64,000 nt of DNA, taken from NCBI GenBank assembly GCA_016931515.1, contig JAFGEQ010000019.1, positions 160,700 to 224,699 of the forward strand, in the 5' to 3' direction. The notes beneath the pieces were generated by a model. The model was not told the DNA's origin. It saw only the letters and a program-made list of their open reading frames with translations, and did not search any database. The position numbers and the translations under genes are program-made. Below are positions 1 to 9,725 of this stretch, one piece after another; positions within the stretch are counted from its first letter, which is position 1; every line of letters begins with the position of its first letter. The DNA is from a candidate division CSSED10-310 bacterium. GTDB taxonomy: Bacteria; CSSED10-310.

Positions 1-1166
1 AACTCGATTTATCGCTGATCCGGGATTTGAAAGAGGAGCAGCAGTCTTTACGGCAGAAATCAGACGAAATCAGGCGGGATTGGCGAATGGAGATGGTCGA
101 CCAACCGGTAATGGTTGGTGTTGATGATGTATCTCAGGTTGTCAGCCAGTGGACGGGGGTCCCATTACGGAGGCTTCAGGAATCCGAATCTCAGAAATTG
201 CTGCAGATGGAGGAGGATATCCATCGACGGATTATTGCTCAGGATGAAGCAATCGGAGCGGTTGTCAGAGCCATCAGACGATCCCGATCGGGCTTAAAAG
301 ACCACACGAAGCCGATTGGATCATTCATCTTCCTCGGACCGACAGGCGTCGGGAAGACGGAACTCGCGCGAGCACTTGCGGAGAACCTATTTGGGGATGA
401 AAAGGCCATGATTTCCATTGATATGTCGGAGTTTATGGAGAAGCACTCTGTATCCCGCCTTGTGGGTTCTCCTCCTGGATATGTCGGATATGGGGAAGGC
501 GGACAGTTGACAGAAAAAGTCAGACGGCGACCGTATTCGGTTGTACTGCTGGATGAGATTGAAAAGGCAAGTCCGGAAATTTTCAATATTCTGCTTCAGG
601 TGATGGAGGAAGGTCACCTGACAGATGGCATGGGGCGGCAAGTCGACTTCCGGAATTGTATTTTGATTATGACCTCCAACATCGGAGCCAAATTTATACG
701 AACTGGCACGATGCTTGGATTCTCTCCGGATCAGGAAGCCGATCGGCGCTCCTATAATAAGATGAAGGAAACTGTATTGCAGGAGATGAAAACGACATTC
801 AGTCCTGAATTTTTAAACCGGGTGGATGAGATCGTTGTTTTTCATCAATTGACCCGTGATCATATCCGGGAAATCATGGATTTGAATTTGTCCCGCCTGA
901 ACAAGCAGCTCCAGGAAATTGGTCTCGAGATGGAGGTTACCCCAGCTGCGCGTGACTGGCTGGTGGAGAAGAGTTTTCAGCCTGCATATGGCGCTCGCCC
1001 CGTTAAACGTACGATCCGCCGGTATATCGAGAATCCGCTGTCGGAGGAGTTATTGAAACATCGCGAGGGTATGAAAGATACCAGTGTGAAAATATCCCTG
1101 ATGAAGAACCAACTGAAATTCAGTATCGAAATCGGAAATCAGTGTTTCGTTGTGACAGGTAGCTGA
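1..1166 (+). CDS. Clp/Hsp100 AAA+ ATPase (ClpC/ClpB family), C-terminal part; 5' end lies outside the window
   Basis: Walker A motif GPTGVGKTE and the conserved D2-domain block SVSRLVGSPPGYVGY...LLDEIEKA...ILIMTSN. The ORF is open to the window start. Confidence 0.85.
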   Translation, partial: LDLSLIRDLKEEQQSLRQKSDEIRRDWRMEMVDQPVMVGVDDVSQVVSQWTGVPLRRLQESESQKLLQMEEDIHRRIIAQDEAIGAVVRAIRRSRSGLKDHTKPIGSFIFLGPTGVGKTELARALAENLFGDEKAMISIDMSEFMEKHSVSRLVGSPPGYVGYGEGGQLTEKVRRRPYSVVLLDEIEKASPEIFNILLQVMEEGHLTDGMGRQVDFRNCILIMTSNIGAKFIRTGTMLGFSPDQEADRRSYNKMKETVLQEMKTTFSPEFLNRVDEIVVFHQLTRDHIREIMDLNLSRLNKQLQEIGLEMEVTPAARDWLVEKSFQPAYGARPVKRTIRRYIENPLSEELLKHREGMKDTSVKISLMKNQLKFSIEIGNQCFVVTGS

Positions 1167-1262
1167 GATGAGTTTTCTTGACCTGTCGACTGAGACATCC
1201 TAAACTACGGCTCGTTTCCGGACACCGTTGATGTTCGTAATTCCTTCAGGACTGGTTGAATA

Positions 1263-3641
1263 TTGAAGTATTTTGCTGAAATAAAACGATTTCTAAGCTT
1301 TATGATCGTGCTGGTCGGCATCGCTTCAGTGGCTGTCTATGCCGATTCGACAACTCCCAACTTCATCCAGGATATCTCCATTCAGGGGAATGTGACGACG
1401 AGCCTTGAAACAATGAATTATCTGATCAAGGTGAAAAAAGGCGCCAGACTTGATCCGAAGTTTGTTCGCAGAGACATCGAAACACTCTATGCATCAGGTC
1501 TTTTTGACGATGTTCGTGTGGATGTTGAAACTGTTGAAGATGGGTATCGCCTGATTTACGTGGTAAAGGAACGCCCGATGATAACCGATGTAGTGATTAC
1601 GGGCGCCAGAGAAATCGGTCTAAATACTTTGCGGGAGGAACTCACCGTATCGTCCGGCGACAGGTATGACCCGGTGAAAGTGCGTGAGAGTACGACTAAG
1701 CTGGAGGAAAAATATCGTCAGAAAGGATATCATTTCGTTGTTGTTACGCCGCGTCTTACGGGGTCTCAGCCAGGTATGGCATCATTGATTTTCGATGTAG
1801 ATGAAGGGACAAAACTAAAGATACGAGATATCACTATCAATGGTAACGATCACATCAATACGGGTACCCGGCTCTGGGGATTAAAATCTCAATTCAAGAA
1901 CAATCAGGAATGGTGGTGGTTTTCTTTCATTTCAGACGCCGGAATCTATCAGGAGCAAATGCTGACAGAAGATCTCCGCGCCATCGAAAAATACTACAAG
2001 GATCGGGGTTATCTCCGGGTCGCTGTCAGCGAGCCGAGAATAACGTTAAATCGACCTGAAGATGCTGGAAAATCAGCGACATTGAGCATTGCCATCGACA
2101 TCGATGAAGGGGATGTGTATACCTTGGAGAATATCGATATCGAGGTCAGTGATCCGGAGATCATTCCGAAAGAAGTGGTGCAAAAGGTTGTCCATTCGGT
2201 TCGATTGGAAAGCTATCAGAAGTATTTTGGCGGATCCGCTTTTTTTGGAGCAGGCCCACGCTTTGAAAAAGGCAGAAGATACTCCCTCGCGCTTGAAGAT
2301 GAGGTAGTAAAAAGCCTGAGTGATCTGTATGGTTCGATAGGTTATATTTACGTATTTATCGATCCGGTCAAGGTTGTCAATGATTCAGCCCATACACTCG
2401 ATATCACTTTTAAAATCATCGAAGGCAAACAGGCATTCCTACACCGCCTTGAGTTCGTTGGTAACTATCGTACAAAAGACAGGGTCCTTCGCCGCAATTT
2501 CGCGATACCCGAAGGGGAGATTTTCAACATCTCTCTGATAAAATCATCAATCTCACGCATTCAGTATCTGGCATATATTGATGAAGTTGTACCTGATATC
2601 CAACCACAGGTAGACTCGTCTCAGGTCGATGTTATGATCTCTCTGGCGGATAACCGTCAGACTGAAGTGCAACTTTCAGGTGGTTACTCCGGATACAACA
2701 AGCTCTATGGCACTTTGGGTTTATCCGAGCACAATCTCTTCGGCAGGGGTCAGGAGCTCAGTGTATCAGCGACATCCGGCAGCCGGAGTGAAACATTTCG
2801 CTTTTCATTTTCGGATGAGTGGATCATGGATCGGCCTTATTACGGCTCGATATCTGTCTGGAATTCACGGGAGCGATATGATTACTCGAACCAGCGAAAA
2901 CTGGGTGGGAGTTTGTTTACTGGTCGGGCGCTTGGCAGGTATTTTTCGACGCGCCTGGGATATACGCTGGAACGAAACAAAGTGTTTGATATTGCTGATA
3001 ATGCCGATGAGTCGGTTAAAGAACTGGAAGGAATCCAGATTACGTCAAGTCTGACTCATATGTGGATTTTTAACAGTCTAAATAATCGTCTTGACCCAAC
3101 AGATGGTTTTTACAGTTCTGTGTCATTTGAAATTGCCGGCGGATTTCTTGGGGGAGACAACGATTTTTACAAAACCGCCCTTTCCATGTCCAATTATTGG
3201 GAACTTCCCCGAAAACTGGTTTTTTCACTTCAGGGAAAAGTCAGTTACGCGGAGGGACTTCGTGGAAAAAAACTGCCGTTTTACGAAAGATATCGTCTTG
3301 GAGGACCGCAATCCATCAGAGGATATTCGGACTACAGCGTCGGTCCGGTCGGTGAGGATGGCGACAATCTGGGCGGTAACAAATCGATGCAGGTTTCTGC
3401 TGAGCTTCAGATACCGATTGCTCAGCCCCTGAAACTTGTGTTTTTTGTTGATGCCGGGGATACATGGGCAGCCGATGATAAGATGGATATCCGCACTTTA
3501 CGGCCCAGCACGGGATTTGAAGTCCGTTTCTTTATGCCGGGATTCGGGATACCGCTGCGCTTTATCTGGGGATATAATCTGGATCCTTATGAAAACGAAA
3601 ATAAAAACGATTTCCAATTTACAATGGGACGTTCATTCTAA
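1263..3641 (+). CDS. bamA: Outer membrane protein assembly factor BamA (Omp85/D15); likely TTG start
   Basis: 792 aa with a signal peptide, POTRA-like repeats and a C-terminal Omp85 barrel ending in an aromatic residue (...FTMGRSF). It sits directly upstream of skp-lpxD-lpxA. Confidence 0.85.
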   Translation: MKYFAEIKRFLSFMIVLVGIASVAVYADSTTPNFIQDISIQGNVTTSLETMNYLIKVKKGARLDPKFVRRDIETLYASGLFDDVRVDVETVEDGYRLIYVVKERPMITDVVITGAREIGLNTLREELTVSSGDRYDPVKVRESTTKLEEKYRQKGYHFVVVTPRLTGSQPGMASLIFDVDEGTKLKIRDITINGNDHINTGTRLWGLKSQFKNNQEWWWFSFISDAGIYQEQMLTEDLRAIEKYYKDRGYLRVAVSEPRITLNRPEDAGKSATLSIAIDIDEGDVYTLENIDIEVSDPEIIPKEVVQKVVHSVRLESYQKYFGGSAFFGAGPRFEKGRRYSLALEDEVVKSLSDLYGSIGYIYVFIDPVKVVNDSAHTLDITFKIIEGKQAFLHRLEFVGNYRTKDRVLRRNFAIPEGEIFNISLIKSSISRIQYLAYIDEVVPDIQPQVDSSQVDVMISLADNRQTEVQLSGGYSGYNKLYGTLGLSEHNLFGRGQELSVSATSGSRSETFRFSFSDEWIMDRPYYGSISVWNSRERYDYSNQRKLGGSLFTGRALGRYFSTRLGYTLERNKVFDIADNADESVKELEGIQITSSLTHMWIFNSLNNRLDPTDGFYSSVSFEIAGGFLGGDNDFYKTALSMSNYWELPRKLVFSLQGKVSYAEGLRGKKLPFYERYRLGGPQSIRGYSDYSVGPVGEDGDNLGGNKSMQVSAELQIPIAQPLKLVFFVDAGDTWAADDKMDIRTLRPSTGFEVRFFMPGFGIPLRFIWGYNLDPYENENKNDFQFTMGRSF

Positions 3642-3661
3642 TCAGATCAAAGGAGTTCGCG

Positions 3662-4186
3662 ATGAAAAAACTTGTATGTCTGCTGTTAACAGCCGGATTT
3701 ATGACTTGTCTGGGTAATGTCGTTCAGGGCCAGGACATAAAGATCGGGTTTATCCGTACGCAGAAGGTGATCCTGGACACTAAAGCCGGCAAGGACGGAT
3801 ATTCGACACTGGAAAAACTGGTTGAGCAGCACCGCATCTCAATGCAGCAGAAAGAAGATGAAATCAAGAAGATGGAAGAGGAATTGTCCAATCAGGGTAA
3901 AATGTTGTCGGAAGATGCACGCCTGGAAAAGAGAGAATCGTTACAGAAGGCATACAAAGATTTCAGTCGGATGAAGGAAGATGCAAAAGCTGAAGTCAAT
4001 GCACGTGAGAAAGCGCTTCTGGATAAGATCATCGATCAATTGGCTAAGGTCATCGAGAAGATTGGTAAAGACCAGGGGTATACTCTGATTCTCGATGCAG
4101 AAGGCCCATCGGTACTTTATTCAACGGATACTCTGGATATTTCATCTCTGGTCGTGACTGAATTCGATAAGGTCTATCAGCCTTAA
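3662..4186 (+). CDS. skp: Periplasmic chaperone Skp/OmpH
   Basis: 174 aa with a signal peptide and a charged coiled-coil, K/E-rich composition. Canonical position between bamA and lpxD; RBS AAAGGAG upstream. Confidence 0.8.
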   Translation: MKKLVCLLLTAGFMTCLGNVVQGQDIKIGFIRTQKVILDTKAGKDGYSTLEKLVEQHRISMQQKEDEIKKMEEELSNQGKMLSEDARLEKRESLQKAYKDFSRMKEDAKAEVNAREKALLDKIIDQLAKVIEKIGKDQGYTLILDAEGPSVLYSTDTLDISSLVVTEFDKVYQP

Positions 4187-4260
4187 AGGTCAAGCCGGAT
4201 GCCACGATCAGGATTGGATAAAGCAATCCGAGCAGGTGATATCAGGAACCGGGAAGTCAT

Positions 4261-5370
4261 ATGAGTAGTCAAAAACCACCTGAATCCTTGACCCTGTCAG
4301 CTCTTGCTGAATGGCTTAATGCCGAGTTGACGGGGGAGGGTCCGGATCTACTCATAACAGGTATGGGAACTTTGGATTGTGCGAATTCAACGGATATTTC
4401 TTTTCTGAGCAATATGAAATATCGGCACCTGTTGGCTAAAACCAAAGCTTGTGCTGTACTGGTTCCTATTGATTTCGAAGAAAAAACTTCTTGTCGATTG
4501 ATAAAAGTCCGGGATGCCTATCTGGCTGTGGCCCGGTTGACGGCACTCTTCTATCCTCCTGTCCTGCCATCGAAAGGCATTCATCCATCTGCAATCATCA
4601 GTGATGATGCGATGATAGCTGATGATGTATGTATCAATGCCTTTGCTGTTGTAGAGTGCGGTGCCAGGATCGGAGCAAATACGACCCTCTTTCCCGGAGT
4701 TTATGTCGGTCGTGATACGACGATCGGGAATAACTGCATCCTCTATCCAAACGTAACGGTGTATCACGGCGTTACTATTGGTGATAATGTGATTGTTCAC
4801 GGAGGAGCAGTATTGGGCTCCGATGGGTTCGGATATGCTAAAGATGGGACTCGGTATTTCAAGGTTCCACAAATTGGAAGTCTGGTGATTAGCGATGATG
4901 TGGAAATCGGTGCCAATACAACCATTGATAGAGGCAGTCTCGGAGCGACTGTCGTTGCCCGTGGTGTTAAACTGGATAACCTTGTTCATCTGGCCCACAA
5001 TGTCAAAGTCGGCGACGATGTTGCCATCGCTGCCCAAAGCGGGATTGCGGGGAGCAGCGCAATCGGGCACCGCACGATAATGGGGGGTCAGTCAGGGATT
5101 AGCGGTCACGTCAAAGTGGGCGATGATGTAATCATGACAGCCCGTTCGGCTGCTCTAAAAGATATCCCTGACGGTTCGATGATATCGGGTTTCCCTCCAA
5201 TGCCACATCGCGAATGGAAGCGCAACCAGGTTGCCCTCAGAAACATTGAGAAACTCGAGAATACAGTTAAAAACCTGTCTGAAATTGTGAACCGACTCGA
5301 AAAGAGAATTGAAGAGATTGATCATCCTGGAAAGGAGAATTCAGGTGATTGCGAAAACCGCAATAATTGA
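4261..5370 (+). CDS. lpxD: UDP-3-O-(3-hydroxyacyl)glucosamine N-acyltransferase
   Basis: 369 aa with left-handed beta-helix hexapeptide repeats (IGDNVIVHGGAVLG..., IGANTTIDRGS...) and the LpxD N-terminal domain. Confidence 0.85.
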   Translation: MSSQKPPESLTLSALAEWLNAELTGEGPDLLITGMGTLDCANSTDISFLSNMKYRHLLAKTKACAVLVPIDFEEKTSCRLIKVRDAYLAVARLTALFYPPVLPSKGIHPSAIISDDAMIADDVCINAFAVVECGARIGANTTLFPGVYVGRDTTIGNNCILYPNVTVYHGVTIGDNVIVHGGAVLGSDGFGYAKDGTRYFKVPQIGSLVISDDVEIGANTTIDRGSLGATVVARGVKLDNLVHLAHNVKVGDDVAIAAQSGIAGSSAIGHRTIMGGQSGISGHVKVGDDVIMTARSAALKDIPDGSMISGFPPMPHREWKRNQVALRNIEKLENTVKNLSEIVNRLEKRIEEIDHPGKENSGDCENRNN

Positions 5371-6115
5371 TCCAGGCGCTAAAATAGCTGAAGATGTTAC
5401 GATTGGGCATTACTCGATTGTTGGTCCGGAGGTTGAAATCGGTCCGGGTTGTGAAATCGGTTACCACACCGTATTGGAAGGTCCAATGAAAATAGGTGCT
5501 CGGAACCGGATCTTTCATCATGCATATGTCGGTGGGATGCCTCAGGATATATCCTTCCAGGGTGAGAGAAGCGTGGTTGAAATTGGAGATGATAATGTTA
5601 TTCGTGAGTATGTAACGGTTCATCGCGGAACAATGAAGCAGAATTGTGTGACTCGAATCGGCAACCATAATTTGATTATGGCATATGCTCATATTGCGCA
5701 TGATTGCCAGATAGGAAATAACTGCATTATTGCCAACGCCGTCAATATGGCAGGTCATGTCATCGTGGAAGATTTTGCTGCTCTTGGCGGGATGGTGGCT
5801 ATTCACCAGTTTGTCAGAATAGGGAAATACTCTTTCATTGGAGGTTTTACAGCCATCACCCAGGATGTTCTTCCATTCAGTCTGATTGCAGGTGAACGGG
5901 GTACGCTTCGCGGTGTGAATAAAGTGGGGCTCCAGCGCAGGGGCTTCGATGCAGCCCAGCGAGGAAAAATCCATAAGGCAATGCGCTATATCATGAACCG
6001 TGAATTTCTCACCTCCACAGCCATAGAAAAAATACTGGAAGATTTTGGTGATGATCCCGATATTCTGGAGATCGTGAATTTTATCAGGAGTTCTGAACGG
6101 GGTGTTACGCTCTGA
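5345..6115 (+). CDS. lpxA: Acyl-ACP--UDP-GlcNAc O-acyltransferase
   Basis: Hexapeptide repeats plus the LpxA C-terminal helical domain. The preferred start is GTG at 5345, preceded by GGAGA; the ORF-track start at 5309 is probably an upstream extension overlapping lpxD. Confidence 0.8.
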   Translation: MIAKTAIIDPGAKIAEDVTIGHYSIVGPEVEIGPGCEIGYHTVLEGPMKIGARNRIFHHAYVGGMPQDISFQGERSVVEIGDDNVIREYVTVHRGTMKQNCVTRIGNHNLIMAYAHIAHDCQIGNNCIIANAVNMAGHVIVEDFAALGGMVAIHQFVRIGKYSFIGGFTAITQDVLPFSLIAGERGTLRGVNKVGLQRRGFDAAQRGKIHKAMRYIMNREFLTSTAIEKILEDFGDDPDILEIVNFIRSSERGVTL

Positions 6116-6128
6116 TATGCTATTACCG

Positions 6129-7058
6129 TTATTTAACGGATTCTCTCTCTAACCCCTTACGAACATCTCTCCCTAAAAATAATATCTCGGGATCATTCGC
6201 AGTACCTCTAACCGTCACAGGTATATACATGTCTTCAGAGAAGGGTTGAGTATCGCTGATCAAGTGTATTCTGACATCCAGATCAAGCTTCGAATAGTCA
6301 GCGGGAATTTTCTGTTGAATCCGTCCGAGGATTCGAAGGATTGTATCCGGTGAATTTAAGCGGACATCATCGAATTGGATTTGATCATAGTTAAGCGTAC
6401 ATCGGGCTGAGAGAGAGTTAAATTCAGGGATATCAAACCCGGATACCATGTTCTGGGGGAAATCGAGATAAGTCTTTTCAACGATTAAATCGATTGGGCC
6501 TTCATAGCTGAAAGTCCGGGAAAAGTCTGACTTCAGCCTGGCAGTGCCGCTGGAAATACCGGTTTTGAGATAGAGACTCCGGTAATCGACCGAGAGAAGA
6601 GAAAGGTTGATCGCGTCCCATTGCAGATTGACATTCAGAACGGCATTTTCTTTCCTGATCGGAGACTCAAGGGATCCGGAAAATGTGCCATCATAAGCTT
6701 TTCCCGAGAATTGGAGGGATGAAATTCCTTCGAATAAACGTGTTGGTGCGATCCGGATGGACAGGTAGTCAGCGGATAAAAATGTTTTCCGATCGGACGT
6801 GTCTTGGGGCGATTGACCCATTGTTGTATCCGGAGTCTGTTGTACCGTTAACTGCTTTAGAGTTATGCTTCCCATCAGATTCATCTGCACGTCTGAGTAT
6901 TTGATGGCAATACCTGTTCGTTCCTCGATCTGACCGGTCAGATGTCTTACAAGGTATTCGGCCGGGTTGAATATCCACATCAATAGGTAGAAAAAGATAA
7001 TCGGAAGAACAATCCAACTGATTATTTTCCTTGAAATATAGCGGATGACGCGTTTCAC
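6129..7058 (-). CDS. Hypothetical membrane-anchored protein (N-terminal TM; GspN/AsmA-like?)
   Basis: 309 aa with a single N-terminal TM helix. It overlaps the glgA stop by 4 nt, suggesting translational coupling. No motif I can recognise. Confidence 0.5.
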   Translation of the reverse strand: MKRVIRYISRKIISWIVLPIIFFYLLMWIFNPAEYLVRHLTGQIEERTGIAIKYSDVQMNLMGSITLKQLTVQQTPDTTMGQSPQDTSDRKTFLSADYLSIRIAPTRLFEGISSLQFSGKAYDGTFSGSLESPIRKENAVLNVNLQWDAINLSLLSVDYRSLYLKTGISSGTARLKSDFSRTFSYEGPIDLIVEKTYLDFPQNMVSGFDIPEFNSLSARCTLNYDQIQFDDVRLNSPDTILRILGRIQQKIPADYSKLDLDVRIHLISDTQPFSEDMYIPVTVRGTANDPEILFLGRDVRKGLERESVK

Positions 7059-8524
7059 TCAGTCGCGTCCTGTTGCTGAAGCTTTTGATAGAGTTCCAGA
7101 TAACCTGTCGCCGAGCGTCTCCATGAGAAGTCCTGGGCCATTGCATCCCTCATAATTGCCCTCCACGTCTCCGGTTGTGCATATGCTGCCAACGCCCGGT
7201 CCAGAGTCGTCAGCAGGGATTCCGGCGTATAATTGTCAAACTTGAATCCGGTTCTCAAATCAGGATGATCCGGTTCGCAATCACAAACCGTGTCATCCAG
7301 TCCGCCCGTTCGATGAACGATAGGAATCGTTCCAAATCGGAGAGCATAGATCTGATTCAGCCCACATGGTTCGAATCTGGATGGTTTTAACAAAAAATCA
7401 GCACCTGCAATCATCCGCTGCGAGATATCCTGATCGAGATTGTGAATGAAAGCAAAATGACCGGGGTTCGTTTCGGCGAGATTAGTGAAAATATGGACAT
7501 AATTTCGATCACCAATCCCCTGAAGGATAACCCGAATACCTTTTTGAATCATCTCTGACAGACTGAATTCCAGCAGGTCCAATCCTTTCCGACTGTATAA
7601 AGGAGTTATCATTGCGAGGATCGGTCCATCTTCGGCGGCATCAAGTGATGATTCAGCGATGATTGCACGTTTGCAGACAGCCTTACCTGTCAGGTTGTCC
7701 GGAGAGTATTCAGCGGGGATGATTGGATTTCTGATAGGACTCCATCGAGTATAGTCAGCACCGTTGATGATTCCGTACAGTTTCTTTTGCATCGTCTGAA
7801 GAACGCCTTCGAGACCGCATCCGAACTCGGTTGTCTGTATTTCCCGGCAGTAACGCGGTGATACCGTGTTGATTGCATCCGAGTAAAGCAATCCCGCTTT
7901 TAACAGGTTGAGATCTCCGTAAAATTCGATCCCTTCCGACGTGAAAAACTCCCAGGGTAAACCGGTCAGATGCATATCGAATCGCCAGAACAAACCTTGG
8001 TACGCCAGATTGTGCACAGTAAAAAGGCTTTTAACATGCTCGAATGCCGGATGATTTTCCCTGAATAGTTTTAAATAGAGAGGTACCAGGCCGGTTTGCC
8101 AATCGTTGCAATGGATAATGGATGGTTTATCCGGGAGGTTGGGAAGCATCTCGATAACAGATCTGGCGAAGAAGATAAACCGCTCGGCATTGTCGGGATA
8201 GTCACCGCTGTCAGTTTTATATAATGATTCGCGATTAAAATAATCGGGTTGATCGACTAGATAGACGGGGAGTTGATCCAGGAAAGTGCGATATAGATCT
8301 GCGTGTTTATAACGATCACCAATGGGAATGGAAACGCGGGTGGCAATTCTGTCCTGTTTGTAACGATCGGGAATTAAACTGTAACGAGGTATTATTAGAG
8401 ACGCATGAATGCCCAGTTCAAGCAAGGCTTTGGGCAGAGCGGAAACCACGTCTCCCATATAGGATGTACGGGCAAGAGGCGTGGCTTCAGATGCGGCAAC
8501 TAAAATATGCAAAGGATGATTCAA
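7055..8524 (-). CDS. glgA: Glycogen/starch synthase (GT5, ADP-glucose type); TTG start
   Basis: 489 aa. N-terminus HILVAASEATPLARTSYMGDVVSALPKAL corresponds to the KTGGL region, and the typical GlgA C-terminal blocks are present (PSRFEPCGLNQIYALRFGTIPIVHRTGGLDDTV). Confidence 0.8.
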   Translation of the reverse strand: MNHPLHILVAASEATPLARTSYMGDVVSALPKALLELGIHASLIIPRYSLIPDRYKQDRIATRVSIPIGDRYKHADLYRTFLDQLPVYLVDQPDYFNRESLYKTDSGDYPDNAERFIFFARSVIEMLPNLPDKPSIIHCNDWQTGLVPLYLKLFRENHPAFEHVKSLFTVHNLAYQGLFWRFDMHLTGLPWEFFTSEGIEFYGDLNLLKAGLLYSDAINTVSPRYCREIQTTEFGCGLEGVLQTMQKKLYGIINGADYTRWSPIRNPIIPAEYSPDNLTGKAVCKRAIIAESSLDAAEDGPILAMITPLYSRKGLDLLEFSLSEMIQKGIRVILQGIGDRNYVHIFTNLAETNPGHFAFIHNLDQDISQRMIAGADFLLKPSRFEPCGLNQIYALRFGTIPIVHRTGGLDDTVCDCEPDHPDLRTGFKFDNYTPESLLTTLDRALAAYAQPETWRAIMRDAMAQDFSWRRSATGYLELYQKLQQQDATE

Positions 8525-8631
8525 TGCTGATCCCTACCGGTTTGCGACGCGAGTCGCATGGTACGAAGGCTCAACCAAGTTGTCAAGCCGGGGGGTGTAC
8601 CTTACAATATCAGCAGGAGGTGGACGGCATC

Positions 8632-9021
8632 ATGGAGAATACTAACAACAAGGCTTTACGGGGTCCCATATGTTGCATTGTGATGGTCGGTCTGCTGCTG
8701 ATAACGGGGTGTGCCTGTCATCATCCCAGAACACACGAGGATCTGATACGTTATGGCGTGACGCTTGCCGAGAATGGGTACTGGAATGAAGCCGGAATGC
8801 AGTGGCGCATGGTGCTGAATGAAGATCCGAACAATGTTGCTGCTCTCAATAACCTGGGTATAGCAGCGGAAGTTCTGGACAGTATTGACACGGCATCCCG
8901 TTTTCTGAACAAGGCGCAACACTTGAGACCTGATGATAAACAGATCAGAAAGAATATTAAATCCCTTCAGCAGAGATTGTCAGAAAAGGGAAGCGGAGCC
9001 GGTCATGAAGAAGACAAATAA
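8632..9021 (+). CDS. TPR-repeat lipoprotein
   Basis: Lipobox LITGCA after a hydrophobic segment, then TPR-like repeats (ALNNLGIAAEV...). The start is an internal Met of the listed ORF, chosen on the RBS AGGAGG. Confidence 0.6.
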   Translation: MENTNNKALRGPICCIVMVGLLLITGCACHHPRTHEDLIRYGVTLAENGYWNEAGMQWRMVLNEDPNNVAALNNLGIAAEVLDSIDTASRFLNKAQHLRPDDKQIRKNIKSLQQRLSEKGSGAGHEEDK

Positions 9022-9706
9022 CAGATTGTTTGTTGTGTCGATTTGTTGCCTGCCAATCATAATGTTGTTTTTTTGCTTGATGATCACCGGGTGTGCTTCA
9101 TATAAAAAGATACCAATCATATATCGGATGTCACCTGTTTTAACCGACCTTGGTTCACGCTCATTAGAAATAGGTACTTTTTATCAGAAAAGCAGCGGAT
9201 TTCAGGCGGTGACGGATACAATTCGTATTTTACAGCGGAAATTGGAGAAGGAGAAAGTCTTCCGGGACATCCATTATACTCTGGACGTCAAAACAATACC
9301 TGACGAATCAACAACCATTCAGGAAATGATGGACACGCTGGCCGCAACTGACTGGACGTCGATGTCTCAAGATGTTGATCTCCTGCTGACCGGCGCTGTT
9401 ATATATGTCGCCCGGGATAGATCGGGATACGATTCCGAATGGCAGTTGAATCAATATGGATACAGGGTTCCTAAAAAAGTCTACAAGGATCGCCTTTCCT
9501 TCGAACTGGAGCTGGGTTTATTGCTTGTTGAGCCTGGAAGCGGAACCGTTATTATTCGGGAAGTCTACGAAGATAAAGGGTTGGCCGAAGGAGCAGCGGA
9601 TGAGATCGCTGTATTTTACGAACTCATTGAAAAACAACTCAAGAAATTTCTTGATAACCTTCAGGGAAAAGAAATCAGGAGCAAACAATATCTGCTGTAC
9701 CGATGA
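9005..9706 (+). CDS. Hypothetical lipoprotein
   Basis: MKKTNNRLFVVSICCLPIIMLFFCLMITGCAS signal/lipobox. ATGA overlap with the previous gene. Confidence 0.55.
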   Translation: MKKTNNRLFVVSICCLPIIMLFFCLMITGCASYKKIPIIYRMSPVLTDLGSRSLEIGTFYQKSSGFQAVTDTIRILQRKLEKEKVFRDIHYTLDVKTIPDESTTIQEMMDTLAATDWTSMSQDVDLLLTGAVIYVARDRSGYDSEWQLNQYGYRVPKKVYKDRLSFELELGLLLVEPGSGTVIIREVYEDKGLAEGAADEIAVFYELIEKQLKKFLDNLQGKEIRSKQYLLYR

Positions 9707-9725
9707 TGTTCGAAGAGGAGCCGTT

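Noticed and set aside
239-641. Minus-strand ORFs 239..586 and 387..641 inside the Clp ATPase gene
   Set aside because: They are antisense to a strongly conserved AAA+ coding region and have low-complexity composition. They are shadow ORFs.
4387-5974. Minus-strand ORFs 4387..5070 (227 aa) and 5267..5974 (235 aa)
   Set aside because: They are fully antisense to lpxD and lpxA, whose hexapeptide-repeat proteins are unambiguous. The antisense frames are open because of the repetitive codon structure.
8933-9725. ORF-track 5' extensions (8933..9004, 9456..9725, 29959..30189, 31431..31496, 32416..32553, 22776-frame extension 24180..24266, 49915..50016, 50847..50870)
   Set aside because: Internal Met, GTG or TTG codons with better RBS spacing, signal peptides beginning there, or ATGA/TGATG coupling to the upstream gene give more plausible starts. 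The extensions overlap neighbouring genes.
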